A stretch of 64,000 nt of DNA from an uncultured Gammaproteobacteria bacterium. Its GTDB lineage: Bacteria; Patescibacteriota; Patescibacteriia; UBA1558; 2-01-FULL-52-15. Below the pieces are notes generated by a model. That model worked only from the letters and a program-made list of their open reading frames with translations. It had not been told where the DNA came from and did not search any database. Location of the stretch: positions 576 through 64,575 of the forward strand of contig CAZIOU010000003.1 of assembly GCA_964540995.1 (NCBI GenBank). Direction: 5' to 3'. The translations under genes and the position numbers were made by a program. How positions within the stretch are numbered: position 1 is the first letter of the stretch; each line of letters starts with the position of its first letter. Shown piece by piece: positions 19,098-28,699 of the stretch.

Positions 19098-20492
19098 TTA
19101 GAAGATTATATCAGGACCTTGAGGGTGAAGATTCAGTACTTTGTCTGAGACAGTTATCACATTGGTAAACTTGTAGCCCAGCGCAGTGAAGGTCTTTTCA
19201 TCGGGGATACGAAGACGCATTCCATTGGAGACAACGAAGACATCGGGTATATCCTTGGCTTTAAGAAGCATTCCGTCTTTAAAGAAGATCGGATCACCAT
19301 CGGTGAAGCTTTCTAAGGTCTTCTGGCTAGCTGGATAGATCTTGACCTTGGGGTAATTGGCCTTGAGGAGTTCTCGGGCCCATATAGGATGTTTGATATT
19401 GGCTTCAACATAGTAAACACCTCCGGTCGTGCGATCTTGAAGTAAAGCACCGGTAGGATAATTATCGAGTTCAGTGATATCAGCACCGTCCGGAATAAGT
19501 GCTAGCTGTTCGGCTGTGATATCGTCAGCTTCGGCCGGATTGAAGCCAATCAACTTGAATACTTTGGGTGAGGCGATCTTGCGTTTGTACTGATCGGCGA
19601 TCATATAGTAGGTCTTGTCCGGGCCGACCACTAGCGAATTGGCAGCATAGCGGACAGGTTCACCGGTCTCATAAGCATCAATGTCAGTTTTTTCGACGGT
19701 TAAGATTTGAGTGGTGCTATAGCGCGAAGCAAAAGCAGCCTTAGTAGCAAAGAGACGCTTCTTACCGTCTTGGATTAGCCAGATATCTTTATCTTTCTTG
19801 ACTTGCAAGATGGAGCCATCGGGGAAGTGTGATTTGGCGAAATATTTATCCCACAGCGTCTTGAATAGCTCATTGCCGTGAAGATGAGGTGTGTAGGTGT
19901 AGAGAGCGGCGGTACTGACATTTTTGGGAGTGACGGTAGCGCATTTGCCATCGGCGCTGTTATTGCAGATGCGGTAGGTTTTGCCTGGCTGATAGTAATA
20001 TTCATCAATGTTATCTAAGTAGTAGCGGAATTGGGCAGCGGCACTGATAACTTGTTTATGGAAGCCGCGCCAACGTTCGGAGCAGGGCGCGGTGTCGGGA
20101 CAGCCATAACCGGCAGCATAATCGAGAGCTCGTTGACTGGGATTAGCAGAAGTCAGTAGACTTTGCTCTTTCTGGATCAGGATCAGGAGAAATTTGGGGT
20201 TGATCTGATATTGATGAGCGGCTCGATAGATCATCTCAGTCGCAGAGACTAAGCGACCCTCGCCAGTATCCATGAAGTAATTCTTCAAGAAGCTGCCGCT
20301 CTGATTCAAGAAGTCTAAAATGCCGGTTTGTGATAGAGCGTCGGCATTGGTAAGTTCGCTATCGGATATAAGATAGTTGTAGTCGACAGTCGAAGTCGTG
20401 GTTGAGGCTGTTTGCGCTTGAGCCGTATCTAACGGTAAGATACACACAGCGATGAGAATAAAAAGCGCGATAGCGCGGTTAAATTGATTCAT
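19098..20492 (-). CDS. Secreted protein, possible cell-wall-hydrolase-like N-domain with C-terminal repeats
   Basis: Signal peptide; NPKFLL..IQKEQ, GYGCPD, LYTYTPH motifs. Confidence 0.65.
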   Translation of the reverse strand: MNQFNRAIALFILIAVCILPLDTAQAQTASTTTSTVDYNYLISDSELTNADALSQTGILDFLNQSGSFLKNYFMDTGEGRLVSATEMIYRAAHQYQINPKFLLILIQKEQSLLTSANPSQRALDYAAGYGCPDTAPCSERWRGFHKQVISAAAQFRYYLDNIDEYYYQPGKTYRICNNSADGKCATVTPKNVSTAALYTYTPHLHGNELFKTLWDKYFAKSHFPDGSILQVKKDKDIWLIQDGKKRLFATKAAFASRYSTTQILTVEKTDIDAYETGEPVRYAANSLVVGPDKTYYMIADQYKRKIASPKVFKLIGFNPAEADDITAEQLALIPDGADITELDNYPTGALLQDRTTGGVYYVEANIKHPIWARELLKANYPKVKIYPASQKTLESFTDGDPIFFKDGMLLKAKDIPDVFVVSNGMRLRIPDEKTFTALGYKFTNVITVSDKVLNLHPQGPDIIF

Positions 20493-20583
20493 GTTACAAA
20501 ATATTTATTATTCTACCACAGATAACGGTTGCTCTCAACCTTTTTCTTTACAATTATTTGATTTACTGGCATAATATCGAACT

Positions 20584-21144
20584 ATGTCTGATGCCTTACG
20601 ATTATTTATAGCTTTGGAGCCTGATAGTGGCGTTCAGAAGCAAGCAGCTAAGGAGTTTGCTCGCTTTGGTTTCGGTACTGAAGTCAAACCAACCGACAAG
20701 GAGCAGTTACACTCCACACTCAAATTTTGGAGTCATTTCCCACTTCAAGACCTGGCTCAACTCTTACAAGCATTAGAAGATGTGGCACAGCGTCATCCAG
20801 TGCTTACTTTGGATTTCAATCAGCCAGTAATCTTCGGCGGGCAACAAGCTCGTGTCCTAGCACTCGAAGCCGAGAAGAATGAGGAATTAGTTGATCTGTA
20901 TAATGATCTGGAGGAGACCTTGGTGGAATACGGCTTGGCTGACAGGGAAGGTAGATTGTTCCGCCCGCATCTGACATTGGCGCGAGTCAAAGATTATTTT
21001 ACTGAAGAAGACAGGCAGAAGTTTGAAGCTTGGAAGCCGGACATCTCGGCAGTCCATGAAGATTTGAAATTATATTCCAGTATTCTCACTCCCAAAGGAC
21101 CGGAGTATGATCAGTTGGGGAGTTTTCCGCTGCAGAATGAGTAA
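20584..21144 (+). CDS. thpR: RNA 2',3'-cyclic phosphodiesterase (2H family)
   Basis: RLFIAL, HSTL and HLTL 2H motifs, GPEY. Confidence 0.9.
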   Translation: MSDALRLFIALEPDSGVQKQAAKEFARFGFGTEVKPTDKEQLHSTLKFWSHFPLQDLAQLLQALEDVAQRHPVLTLDFNQPVIFGGQQARVLALEAEKNEELVDLYNDLEETLVEYGLADREGRLFRPHLTLARVKDYFTEEDRQKFEAWKPDISAVHEDLKLYSSILTPKGPEYDQLGSFPLQNE

Positions 21145-21153
21145 TTTAATATC

Positions 21154-21245
21154 GTCTTTGCGAGAACGTCTGCGGGCAAAGCAATCTAGTATGCAGGAAA
21201 TTTCAAGCTAGACTGCCACGGCCTTGCTAGGCCTCGCAGAGACAG
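21154..21245. repeat. Inverted pair of RPE-like palindromic repeats
   Basis: GTCTTTGCGAG...GCAATCTAG and CTAGACTGCC...CTCGCAGAGACAG. Confidence 0.7.
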
Positions 21246-21306
21246 AATGAAAATAAATCACCCCACCGACCAAAGTCGACGGGGTGTTTGTTATAGAACG
21301 AATTAT

Positions 21307-21978
21307 CTACTTCTTCCCAGCTGGTGTCGGGAAGTAGCGAGCATAGGTCGCATCTTCAGGAATGAGCTTCGCCAGCTTGAAATCATCGAAGGCCTGCTTG
21401 AACTTGGCCTGAAGGGCTGGCAGCTCGATGCTAAGAGGATCAAGGTCGCTATCACGCCGCAGCTTGTCGAGCTCGATGGCTAGATTCTTGAGCTTACTCT
21501 CAGCCCGCATGTGCAGGACGGTCCAGTAGCTACTAACCACTTCAATGACTGAAATGTTCAGATGTTCAGCTACTGTCTTGACGATTGACTCGAGATTGTT
21601 AGTGCCGGCGTCATGGTTATCCATTGTTACAATTGAGGCAACATACATGACAACCAACAGCAATAAAATCGCAACAAACAACCAGCCATCGAAATTTTCC
21701 GGAACCATAATGAGCGGCGAGGCGAACCAAACGATGGCTGCAATTGTCGAGAGCATAGCCGAGTTCTGGCAAAAGTCATATATTGCCAGTGCTTCGAGCG
21801 GATCTTTTCCTTTGACGAGAAAATTTTTCCGCCAGTGTGAGTCTGGGGGCAGTACGATACCTGCCTTTTTGAGATCACGTTCCAATGACATGTGAAAGAA
21901 CCTCTGCTGCTGTGAAGAATCAATGGGTGCTTCCGGCACCGTCTGATAGAGGCTTCCGGCCACGATCAGAACCTTCAT
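21307..21978 (-). CDS. Hypothetical membrane protein
   Basis: Two TM helices; TTGACA upstream; terminator-like hairpin downstream. Confidence 0.6.
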   Translation of the reverse strand: MKVLIVAGSLYQTVPEAPIDSSQQQRFFHMSLERDLKKAGIVLPPDSHWRKNFLVKGKDPLEALAIYDFCQNSAMLSTIAAIVWFASPLIMVPENFDGWLFVAILLLLVVMYVASIVTMDNHDAGTNNLESIVKTVAEHLNISVIEVVSSYWTVLHMRAESKLKNLAIELDKLRRDSDLDPLSIELPALQAKFKQAFDDFKLAKLIPEDATYARYFPTPAGKK

Positions 21979-22054
21979 TGATGATACCGTAGCAGCGACG
22001 GTAATAGAGGATAATTACCACGATTATCACTAAATGTCAAATATAGGGTAATAC

Positions 22055-22519
22055 TCAAGTTTCAATAATCAATAGCCAAACAATAATAAATAATTAAGTT
22101 AAAATGCAGAAAACGTTAAAGAATGAGTTTAAATATTGATTATTTCTGCGTTGAATATTGTTTGCCTGCCCGTCTTGGCAAGCCAAAGGCGCGTCGGGCG
22201 GGGAATTTGAGTATTGTTTATTGAATATTTATAAGCTAGACTGCTTCGTCGACCAAGCTCGCCTCGCAGAGACAGAGACTGCTTTGTTTATTGAATATTG
22301 GACCTTTCTCTGGTATCTTTAGCCCAGAATAGACAATAATTATCAATATTCAAGCCACAATAGTCAAACAATAATCTCAGCCAAAGGCTGATCGTCCTCT
22401 GGACGAAAACAATAACTAATAATCAATTTTCAATAGAAGAAAAATACATAAAGAGTTTGAATATTGATTATTTCTGTATTGAATATTGTTTGTAACTTGA
22501 GTATTGTTTATTGAATATT
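22055..22519. repeat. Cluster of AT-rich inverted repeat elements with nested palindromes
   Basis: Two CAATA.../...TATTG elements, inserts at 22165-22202 and 22377-22406, RPE-like unit at 22236-22275. Confidence 0.7.
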
Positions 22520-23239
22520 ATGAAAAAGATTGAGCTCCTCGGAGTCAAAATAGCTACGCTAGAGCCAACCGAAATCGATAGCACTTTGGCTGATTTTTTG
22601 CATACACCTGGTCTCAAACAGATTGTCACGGTTAATCCAGAATTTCTCGTTACAGCTCAAGAAGACAGTGAATTCAAAGCTATTCTGAACTCGGCTGATC
22701 TGGCCTTGCCGGACGGTGTCGGCATCATCTACGTCAGTAAAATATTAGGAAAGAAAATTTCACGAACCAATAGAATGACAGGTGTGGAGCTGACGCACTC
22801 ACTACTGAAGCTGGCTGAAGCTGAACAAAAAACCGTGGAGATCGTTTTGCCCGCCAATGCACTTTCAACCCAAGAAGAAATTTTAATCAACGTGAAAAAA
22901 CTGAATCCCCAGAGCATCGTTAAAGTTATTGCAGCTGCAGATGTCCAAGAACAATCACCACGAGCAGATATAATCTTCGTAGCGCTGGGAGCTCCGGAGC
23001 AAGAGAAGTGGATTTGGAGTCAGCGAGAGAAATTATTGGGCACGAAGATTGCCGTCGGAGTAGGGGGGACGTTTGACTTCATATCTGGTAAAATACCAAG
23101 AGCACCACAGTGGCTGCGTTCTCTGGGCTTGGAATGGCTCTATCGCCTCTACCAAGAGCCAAGGAGAAGGTTTAAGCGCATTATACGGGCGGTTATCGTG
23201 TTTCCGTGGCTCGTACTCACTAAGAGTAATAATCAATAA
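22520..23239 (+). CDS. WecB/TagA/CpsF-family glycosyltransferase
   Basis: TVNPE, PDGVG, LGAPEQE, GVGGTFD, RAP, LEWLYRL. Confidence 0.93.
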   Translation: MKKIELLGVKIATLEPTEIDSTLADFLHTPGLKQIVTVNPEFLVTAQEDSEFKAILNSADLALPDGVGIIYVSKILGKKISRTNRMTGVELTHSLLKLAEAEQKTVEIVLPANALSTQEEILINVKKLNPQSIVKVIAAADVQEQSPRADIIFVALGAPEQEKWIWSQREKLLGTKIAVGVGGTFDFISGKIPRAPQWLRSLGLEWLYRLYQEPRRRFKRIIRAVIVFPWLVLTKSNNQ

Positions 23240-23366
23240 TCAAATTCCAATTTACAAACAATATTTAATCTTCAAATCCCAAACAGCAATGCTTTTAGGT
23301 TTGTCTGTATTGAATATTTGATATTGTTTGGCACTTGATTATTGAGTCTTGAAATTTCATTTTTGT

Positions 23367-24806
23367 ATGTCAAAAATTGTAACCCGCTTCGCACCATCAC
23401 CCACCGGCTATCTTCATCTCGGCGGTCTTCGTACTGCCTTGTATTCCTATCTGTGGGCCAAGAAGCACGATGGCCAATTTATCCTCCGTATCGAAGATAC
23501 TGATCAGAAACGTAAAGTGGAGGGCGCAGAAGAGCAATTAATCGGCGTTTTGAGTCAGTTGGGTATGAAACATGATCAATTATTCCGTCAGTCCGATCGA
23601 CTGGATCTCTATCGTGAAGCGGCCGAGAAGCTAATTGCTTCTGGCCATGCCTATCGCTGTTACTGCAGTGAAGAGCGCCTCGAAGAATTACGAGCGCGTC
23701 AGACAGCTGAACATCAGGTGCCACGCTATGACGGCCGTTGCCGTTCGCTATCGGCCGAAGAAATTCAATCGCAGGCTGGCAAGCCGAGTGTGGTCCGTTT
23801 CCGTATGCCTGACAATCGTGTCATCACGATGAGAGACTTTATTCGTGGCACTATTACCGTGAAAAGTGAAGATTTAGACGATTTCATCTTGCTCAAGTCT
23901 GATACCTGGCCTACCTACCATCTAGCGGTCGTTGTGGATGATTCTTCTATGGGAGTGACACACATCATCCGAGGAGATGAGTGGTTGTCGTCGCTACCCA
24001 AGCATCAATTACTGTATGAAGCTTTTGGTTTAGAAGTACCAACGTTCGTGCATCTGCCGTTATTACTCAATCCTGACAAATCGAAACTGTCCAAACGTCA
24101 GGGCGATGTGGCGGTGGAAGATTATCTGGCTAAGGGTTATCTCAAAGTAGCTCTGATCAACTACGTGTCGTTACTTGGCTGGCATGCTTCTAGCGATGAA
24201 GAGTTTTTTACCTTGGAACAATTGATCAAGGAATTCGATCTAGATCGTCTGCAGAAATCGGGTGCCGTCTTTGATGTCGAGAAACTTAATTGGTATAACA
24301 GTCATTATATTCGTCAGGCGGTTGAGCAAAATATTCCGGCGTATTACCAAGAGGTACTGGCTTTCGTCCGAGCCAACGTCTTGCCTGGAGTCGACGAGTC
24401 ACTGATGGAGAAGATTGTTAAAGTGTATTCGCCTCGTTTAGAGTATTTGATGTTATTAAAAGATCGTTGTAGCTATATTTTTGAATTGCCTGACTATCCG
24501 GCGGAGATGTTAGTTTTCAAGAAAAGCACCAAAGAAGTTACCACTAAGGGTTTACACGCTGTTATCAAAGCTTTGACCGACGTCAATGTGACATGGTGGG
24601 TGGCGGTAGAACAGTTAGATTCTTTATTGAAAGAAGTTGTTACCATGGAGGGATTAACCTTCGGCGATGTCTTATGGCCAGTGCGAGTTGCTTTGAGTGG
24701 TGTAGAGCAGAGCCCATCACCGGCAGAATTGGCCTGGATCTTGGGTCGTGATGAATCATTGCGTCGTTTACAGTTGGCTAGCGACAAGCTGGGAACTATG
24801 GTATAA
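23367..24806 (+). CDS. gltX: Glutamate--tRNA ligase
   Basis: RFAPSPTG, HLGG, RIEDTD, KLSKR. Confidence 0.97.
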   Translation: MSKIVTRFAPSPTGYLHLGGLRTALYSYLWAKKHDGQFILRIEDTDQKRKVEGAEEQLIGVLSQLGMKHDQLFRQSDRLDLYREAAEKLIASGHAYRCYCSEERLEELRARQTAEHQVPRYDGRCRSLSAEEIQSQAGKPSVVRFRMPDNRVITMRDFIRGTITVKSEDLDDFILLKSDTWPTYHLAVVVDDSSMGVTHIIRGDEWLSSLPKHQLLYEAFGLEVPTFVHLPLLLNPDKSKLSKRQGDVAVEDYLAKGYLKVALINYVSLLGWHASSDEEFFTLEQLIKEFDLDRLQKSGAVFDVEKLNWYNSHYIRQAVEQNIPAYYQEVLAFVRANVLPGVDESLMEKIVKVYSPRLEYLMLLKDRCSYIFELPDYPAEMLVFKKSTKEVTTKGLHAVIKALTDVNVTWWVAVEQLDSLLKEVVTMEGLTFGDVLWPVRVALSGVEQSPSPAELAWILGRDESLRRLQLASDKLGTMV

Positions 24807-24828
24807 TAGTTTCATCTTGCTTGTCAGA

Positions 24829-26097
24829 ATGAAAACAAAAAAATTGTACCCAACCATTATTAAATTTTTGAAGCCCAGCATCGGGTTGATGTTGGTTTTT
24901 TTGTTTAGCGTTAGCCCAATTGTCCAAGCAGCCACGACGTCGTTGTCGCTGGATAATGCCGCTGATCAAGAAATTTGGCAGCTCAATCAGCAGATAAATG
25001 ACAAAAAGAAGGCCATTGATGATTTGAAACGACAAGCGGAGATTTACCGCAAGGCCGTAGCGCAGAAACAAGCCAAAGTCTCGACACTTACCAATCAATT
25101 GACGCAGATCAATTCCACTATTGCGCGTGTCAGCTTGGAGATTGATTCGCTGGAGCTGCAGATGGACGAAGTTAACCTCCGTTTGGAGTCGACTAAGTTG
25201 AAAATATCGGCCAAAGAAAAGGAAATTCAAGATCAGAAGGGTCGCCTAGCTGATCTGATACGAGCTTTGGATGATCGCTATCAAGAGAATGCTATGGTTA
25301 TGATGTTGGCGACAAGTGACAGCCTCGGTGACTATATGGACAATCTGCAAACCTTGCAGAATTTGCAACACGATCTTTATAATAACCTTGATCAGATGAA
25401 CAATCTCAAGATTGCTTTGGTCTCGGACCAGAATCAACTGACCGATAGCAAGAAAGATCTGGACAGTCTGCGGGAGAATTTGGATGGTAAGGTTGATCAA
25501 CTACAATCCCAGAAGGATGTCAAAAGTAATCTCATCGTCAATACCAAGGGTGAAGAAGCCAAATATCAGAAACTGTTAGCCCAAGCCAAAGCAGAAGCTG
25601 ATAAAATTGATAGCGATATTACCAATCTAGAGAAGGTCGCTCGTGAAAAGTTACAACGACAAGTAACCAAGGGAGATGTCTTGGGAGGAGATGAGGCTTT
25701 TGCCTGGCCGGTACCATCACATATTGTTAATGCCTATTTCCACGATCCTGATTACCCTTTTCGCAATGTTTTCGAGCATTCCGGTGTCGACCTGAAGGCC
25801 AAGCAGGGCACCGAAGTGCGCGCGGCCAAGTCAGGCTATGTCGCCAAGGCCAAGAATGCCGGCATGGGCTACAGCTATGTGATTTTGGTGCATGACAATC
25901 AATTATCTACTGTCTACGGTCATTTGAGTAAGATTTTGGTCAAAGATGATAATTTCGTTAATCAAGGTCAGATTATCGGTTATTCTGGTGGCACCCCTCA
26001 TACTCCTGGAGCAGGCCCGTTCGTCACTGGTCCGCATTTACATTTTGAAGTTCGATTGAACGGTATCCCTGTCAACCCACTCAATTATTTACCTTAG
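24829..26097 (+). CDS. Coiled-coil M23 peptidase (EnvC/CwlO-like)
   Basis: Signal peptide, long coiled coil, HSGVD, YGH, TGPHLHF. Confidence 0.9.
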   Translation: MKTKKLYPTIIKFLKPSIGLMLVFLFSVSPIVQAATTSLSLDNAADQEIWQLNQQINDKKKAIDDLKRQAEIYRKAVAQKQAKVSTLTNQLTQINSTIARVSLEIDSLELQMDEVNLRLESTKLKISAKEKEIQDQKGRLADLIRALDDRYQENAMVMMLATSDSLGDYMDNLQTLQNLQHDLYNNLDQMNNLKIALVSDQNQLTDSKKDLDSLRENLDGKVDQLQSQKDVKSNLIVNTKGEEAKYQKLLAQAKAEADKIDSDITNLEKVAREKLQRQVTKGDVLGGDEAFAWPVPSHIVNAYFHDPDYPFRNVFEHSGVDLKAKQGTEVRAAKSGYVAKAKNAGMGYSYVILVHDNQLSTVYGHLSKILVKDDNFVNQGQIIGYSGGTPHTPGAGPFVTGPHLHFEVRLNGIPVNPLNYLP

Positions 26098-26132
26098 TCG
26101 TCGATGACCCGAGTCATGACGCTTGTCATAGG

Positions 26133-26672
26133 ATGAAGACGTTAGCTCGCTCGGTTTTATTGTTATTGGCCCTTCTGGGGCTGTTTAGTTTCTTTACTGC
26201 TGGTCGAGCACAGAATGTATTGTCTAGTGCTTCTGTACCTTCGGAGACAGAGTTTCAAAAGCTGCAATACTGCCTGAAGGATAGTGATTGTCAGATTGTA
26301 CGCTGGGACGATTGTACGCAATGTTCTTATTCACGGGCAGTCAATAGTCGTTGGGCCAACTATTTTCACGACAACGCTGATTACTACCAATATCCTATCA
26401 GCTTCAATACCTATTATTGCCAAGCGTTGATCAAATTACCTACCACTACGGTAACTACGACGAAACCCGCCCCACGGCCGGTCACCTGTCAGGACGAATT
26501 CCAGTCAGAGCAAGTAATCGGTAGCGGCTGCGATAGTTTCATTCATCAATGTTATGCCAAGTGCAAAGATTTGTTGGGTAGAACCCATAAGTGCACCTTT
26601 GACTCCTATTTGCAACGACTAACTGATACCTACGTGCCTCAATTAATAGTCCCTACGCATGAAGCCAAGTAG
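26133..26672 (+). CDS. Secreted Cys-rich hypothetical protein
   Basis: Signal peptide; C..DSDC and multiple cysteines. Confidence 0.6.
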   Translation: MKTLARSVLLLLALLGLFSFFTAGRAQNVLSSASVPSETEFQKLQYCLKDSDCQIVRWDDCTQCSYSRAVNSRWANYFHDNADYYQYPISFNTYYCQALIKLPTTTVTTTKPAPRPVTCQDEFQSEQVIGSGCDSFIHQCYAKCKDLLGRTHKCTFDSYLQRLTDTYVPQLIVPTHEAK

Positions 26673-28320
26673 AGGCTTTAGCTTACATTTTATCTTGCTC
26701 TTGTTGTTCTATTTTTTTGCTTTGTTGCCCTTATTTTTTTTCTTGAGCAACACGTTTCAGCCTGACGTCATCCTGCAGCTAAGCCGTGAAGGTGTGGTTT
26801 CAACCACGGGGAGCGAACAGCTAGTCGCCCTGTATCAGCAGTTGCAATCACGACAAGATTCTCTGCTTCTGTGGTTCGGCATCTATGTGCTGGTAGTGAG
26901 CGGCTTGATCATCGTAATTGCTCGGCAGATTACACGACCACTCCGTGACCTCGAACGTCAAGCTACTACCATGGCACAAGGAAATCTGGGCTCAGCTATA
27001 CGCGCTGGGGGCAGTCTGATACCACTGCGGGAGGCGCATCATGTGGCCGCCGCACTCGAAAGCGCTCGTGTCAAAATCTTGCAGTCTTATCAAGAGTTGG
27101 AGTCGCAAGTAGCCGAGCGCACGTGGGATTTGCAGGTCAAAGTCCATCAATTGAGTCAGGCCGAGCAGCGTATCCAAGCGTCTAATAAAGCTCTAGCAGA
27201 ATCATTAGCCGTTAACCAGCGTCAGAGAGTGGTGCTGCAAGATGTGTTGGACAACATGCCGGTCGGAGTCATGATTAGTCGTGCTGCCAATGGTCCCGTG
27301 GAATTTATCAATCGGCGAGCTGGAGAGCTGCTCGATGGTAATAAGCGTGGCGGTGATTATGCTGAACGCTATCAGATCTATCAGGTGGATCAGAAAACTC
27401 TTTACGACGCTAGTCAATTGCCGATTAATGCTAGCTTCGGTAGCAAGAAAGGCAGCTACAAAGAAGATCTATTTGCCCGCCGACCAGACGGCAACTTTAT
27501 CCAGCTCTACGCTCAATCGTCAGTATTATACGATAAGATAGGGCAGGTGGAGCTGACGATTATGATTTTTGACGACATTACTGCTCGCAAAGAAATTGAG
27601 CGCCAGAAGTCGGAGTTTGTCTCGGTAGCTTCACATCAATTACGTACACCACTTACTGGAGTGAAGTGGTTTGCGGAGTTATTATTGGATAAACGGAGCG
27701 GCAAGTTATCTGAAAAACAGCGTTCCTTCGCCGATAATATCTTACAATCAACTGAACGGCTGATTAGTTTGGTCAATGATCTGCTCAATGTTTCTCGCAT
27801 CGAGTCGCATCGAGTCGCGATCACTCCGGAGCCGGTGGATATCAAGAAGTTGCTCGAGAACCTGCAGTTGCAGCTGACGCCCCTATGGACGGCTCGACAG
27901 CAAACCGTCAAGCTGGAGTCGCCAGAACGCGTACCACTGATCTCTCTCGACCCTAAGTTTATCGCGGAAGCCTTCACCAATCTTTTGTCCAACGCTATCA
28001 AATATTCTCCCGATGGAAGCATTATTCATATAGCGATTGAATTGCGACCCTCTGATGTGCTGATAACGGTTAGTGATCAGGGTCTGGGTATACCGATGGC
28101 CGACCAGTCTAAGCTATTTACCAAATTTTTCCGGGCTGATAATGTAGTGAAGAAGGAGACCGAAGGCACGGGTTTGGGATTGTATGTGACGAAGCGAATT
28201 ATCGAAGCTTCTGGTGGTACTATTTCTTTCCAATCAGCAGAAAATAAAGGCACACAATTTTTCATCACCTTACCATTGACCGGAAGTCCAATGATTAAAG
28301 GTGAAAAACAACTAATTTAA
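26659..28320 (+). CDS. Sensor histidine kinase (HAMP-PAS-HisKA-HATPase)
   Basis: SHQLRTPL, NLLSNAIKY, DQGLGI, GTGLGL. Confidence 0.95.
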   Translation: MKPSRGFSLHFILLLLFYFFALLPLFFFLSNTFQPDVILQLSREGVVSTTGSEQLVALYQQLQSRQDSLLLWFGIYVLVVSGLIIVIARQITRPLRDLERQATTMAQGNLGSAIRAGGSLIPLREAHHVAAALESARVKILQSYQELESQVAERTWDLQVKVHQLSQAEQRIQASNKALAESLAVNQRQRVVLQDVLDNMPVGVMISRAANGPVEFINRRAGELLDGNKRGGDYAERYQIYQVDQKTLYDASQLPINASFGSKKGSYKEDLFARRPDGNFIQLYAQSSVLYDKIGQVELTIMIFDDITARKEIERQKSEFVSVASHQLRTPLTGVKWFAELLLDKRSGKLSEKQRSFADNILQSTERLISLVNDLLNVSRIESHRVAITPEPVDIKKLLENLQLQLTPLWTARQQTVKLESPERVPLISLDPKFIAEAFTNLLSNAIKYSPDGSIIHIAIELRPSDVLITVSDQGLGIPMADQSKLFTKFFRADNVVKKETEGTGLGLYVTKRIIEASGGTISFQSAENKGTQFFITLPLTGSPMIKGEKQLI

Positions 28321-28321
28321 T

Positions 28322-28699
28322 ATGTCTACATCAACCATCAAAGTATTGGTAGTCGAGGACGATCCCTTCTTGTCCAAAGTTTACGAGAGTTCCTTCGCGG
28401 AAGCTGGCTACACTATGGCCTTTGCCCACGACGGTGAAGAAGCGCTCGATCAGATCGGTAGCTTTCATCCTGACGTAGTGTTATTGGATCTCGTCATGCC
28501 CAAGAAAGATGGCTTCGAAGTTTTGGAGGCGGTCAAAGCTAACCCGGCCTTGGCGGGCATTAAGATTGTCGTCTTGAGTAATCTGGGACAGCCTGAGGAT
28601 AAAGCGAAATGTTTGGCTTTGGGTGCTGTCGACTATTTGATTAAGACGGATATTGCCATCTTGGATTTGGTGGCTAAAGTCAAAACCTATGTTAGCTGA
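28322..28699 (+). CDS. Single-domain response regulator
   Basis: VVEDD, LLDLVMP, DGFEVL, YLIK. Confidence 0.93.
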   Translation: MSTSTIKVLVVEDDPFLSKVYESSFAEAGYTMAFAHDGEEALDQIGSFHPDVVLLDLVMPKKDGFEVLEAVKANPALAGIKIVVLSNLGQPEDKAKCLALGAVDYLIKTDIAILDLVAKVKTYVS

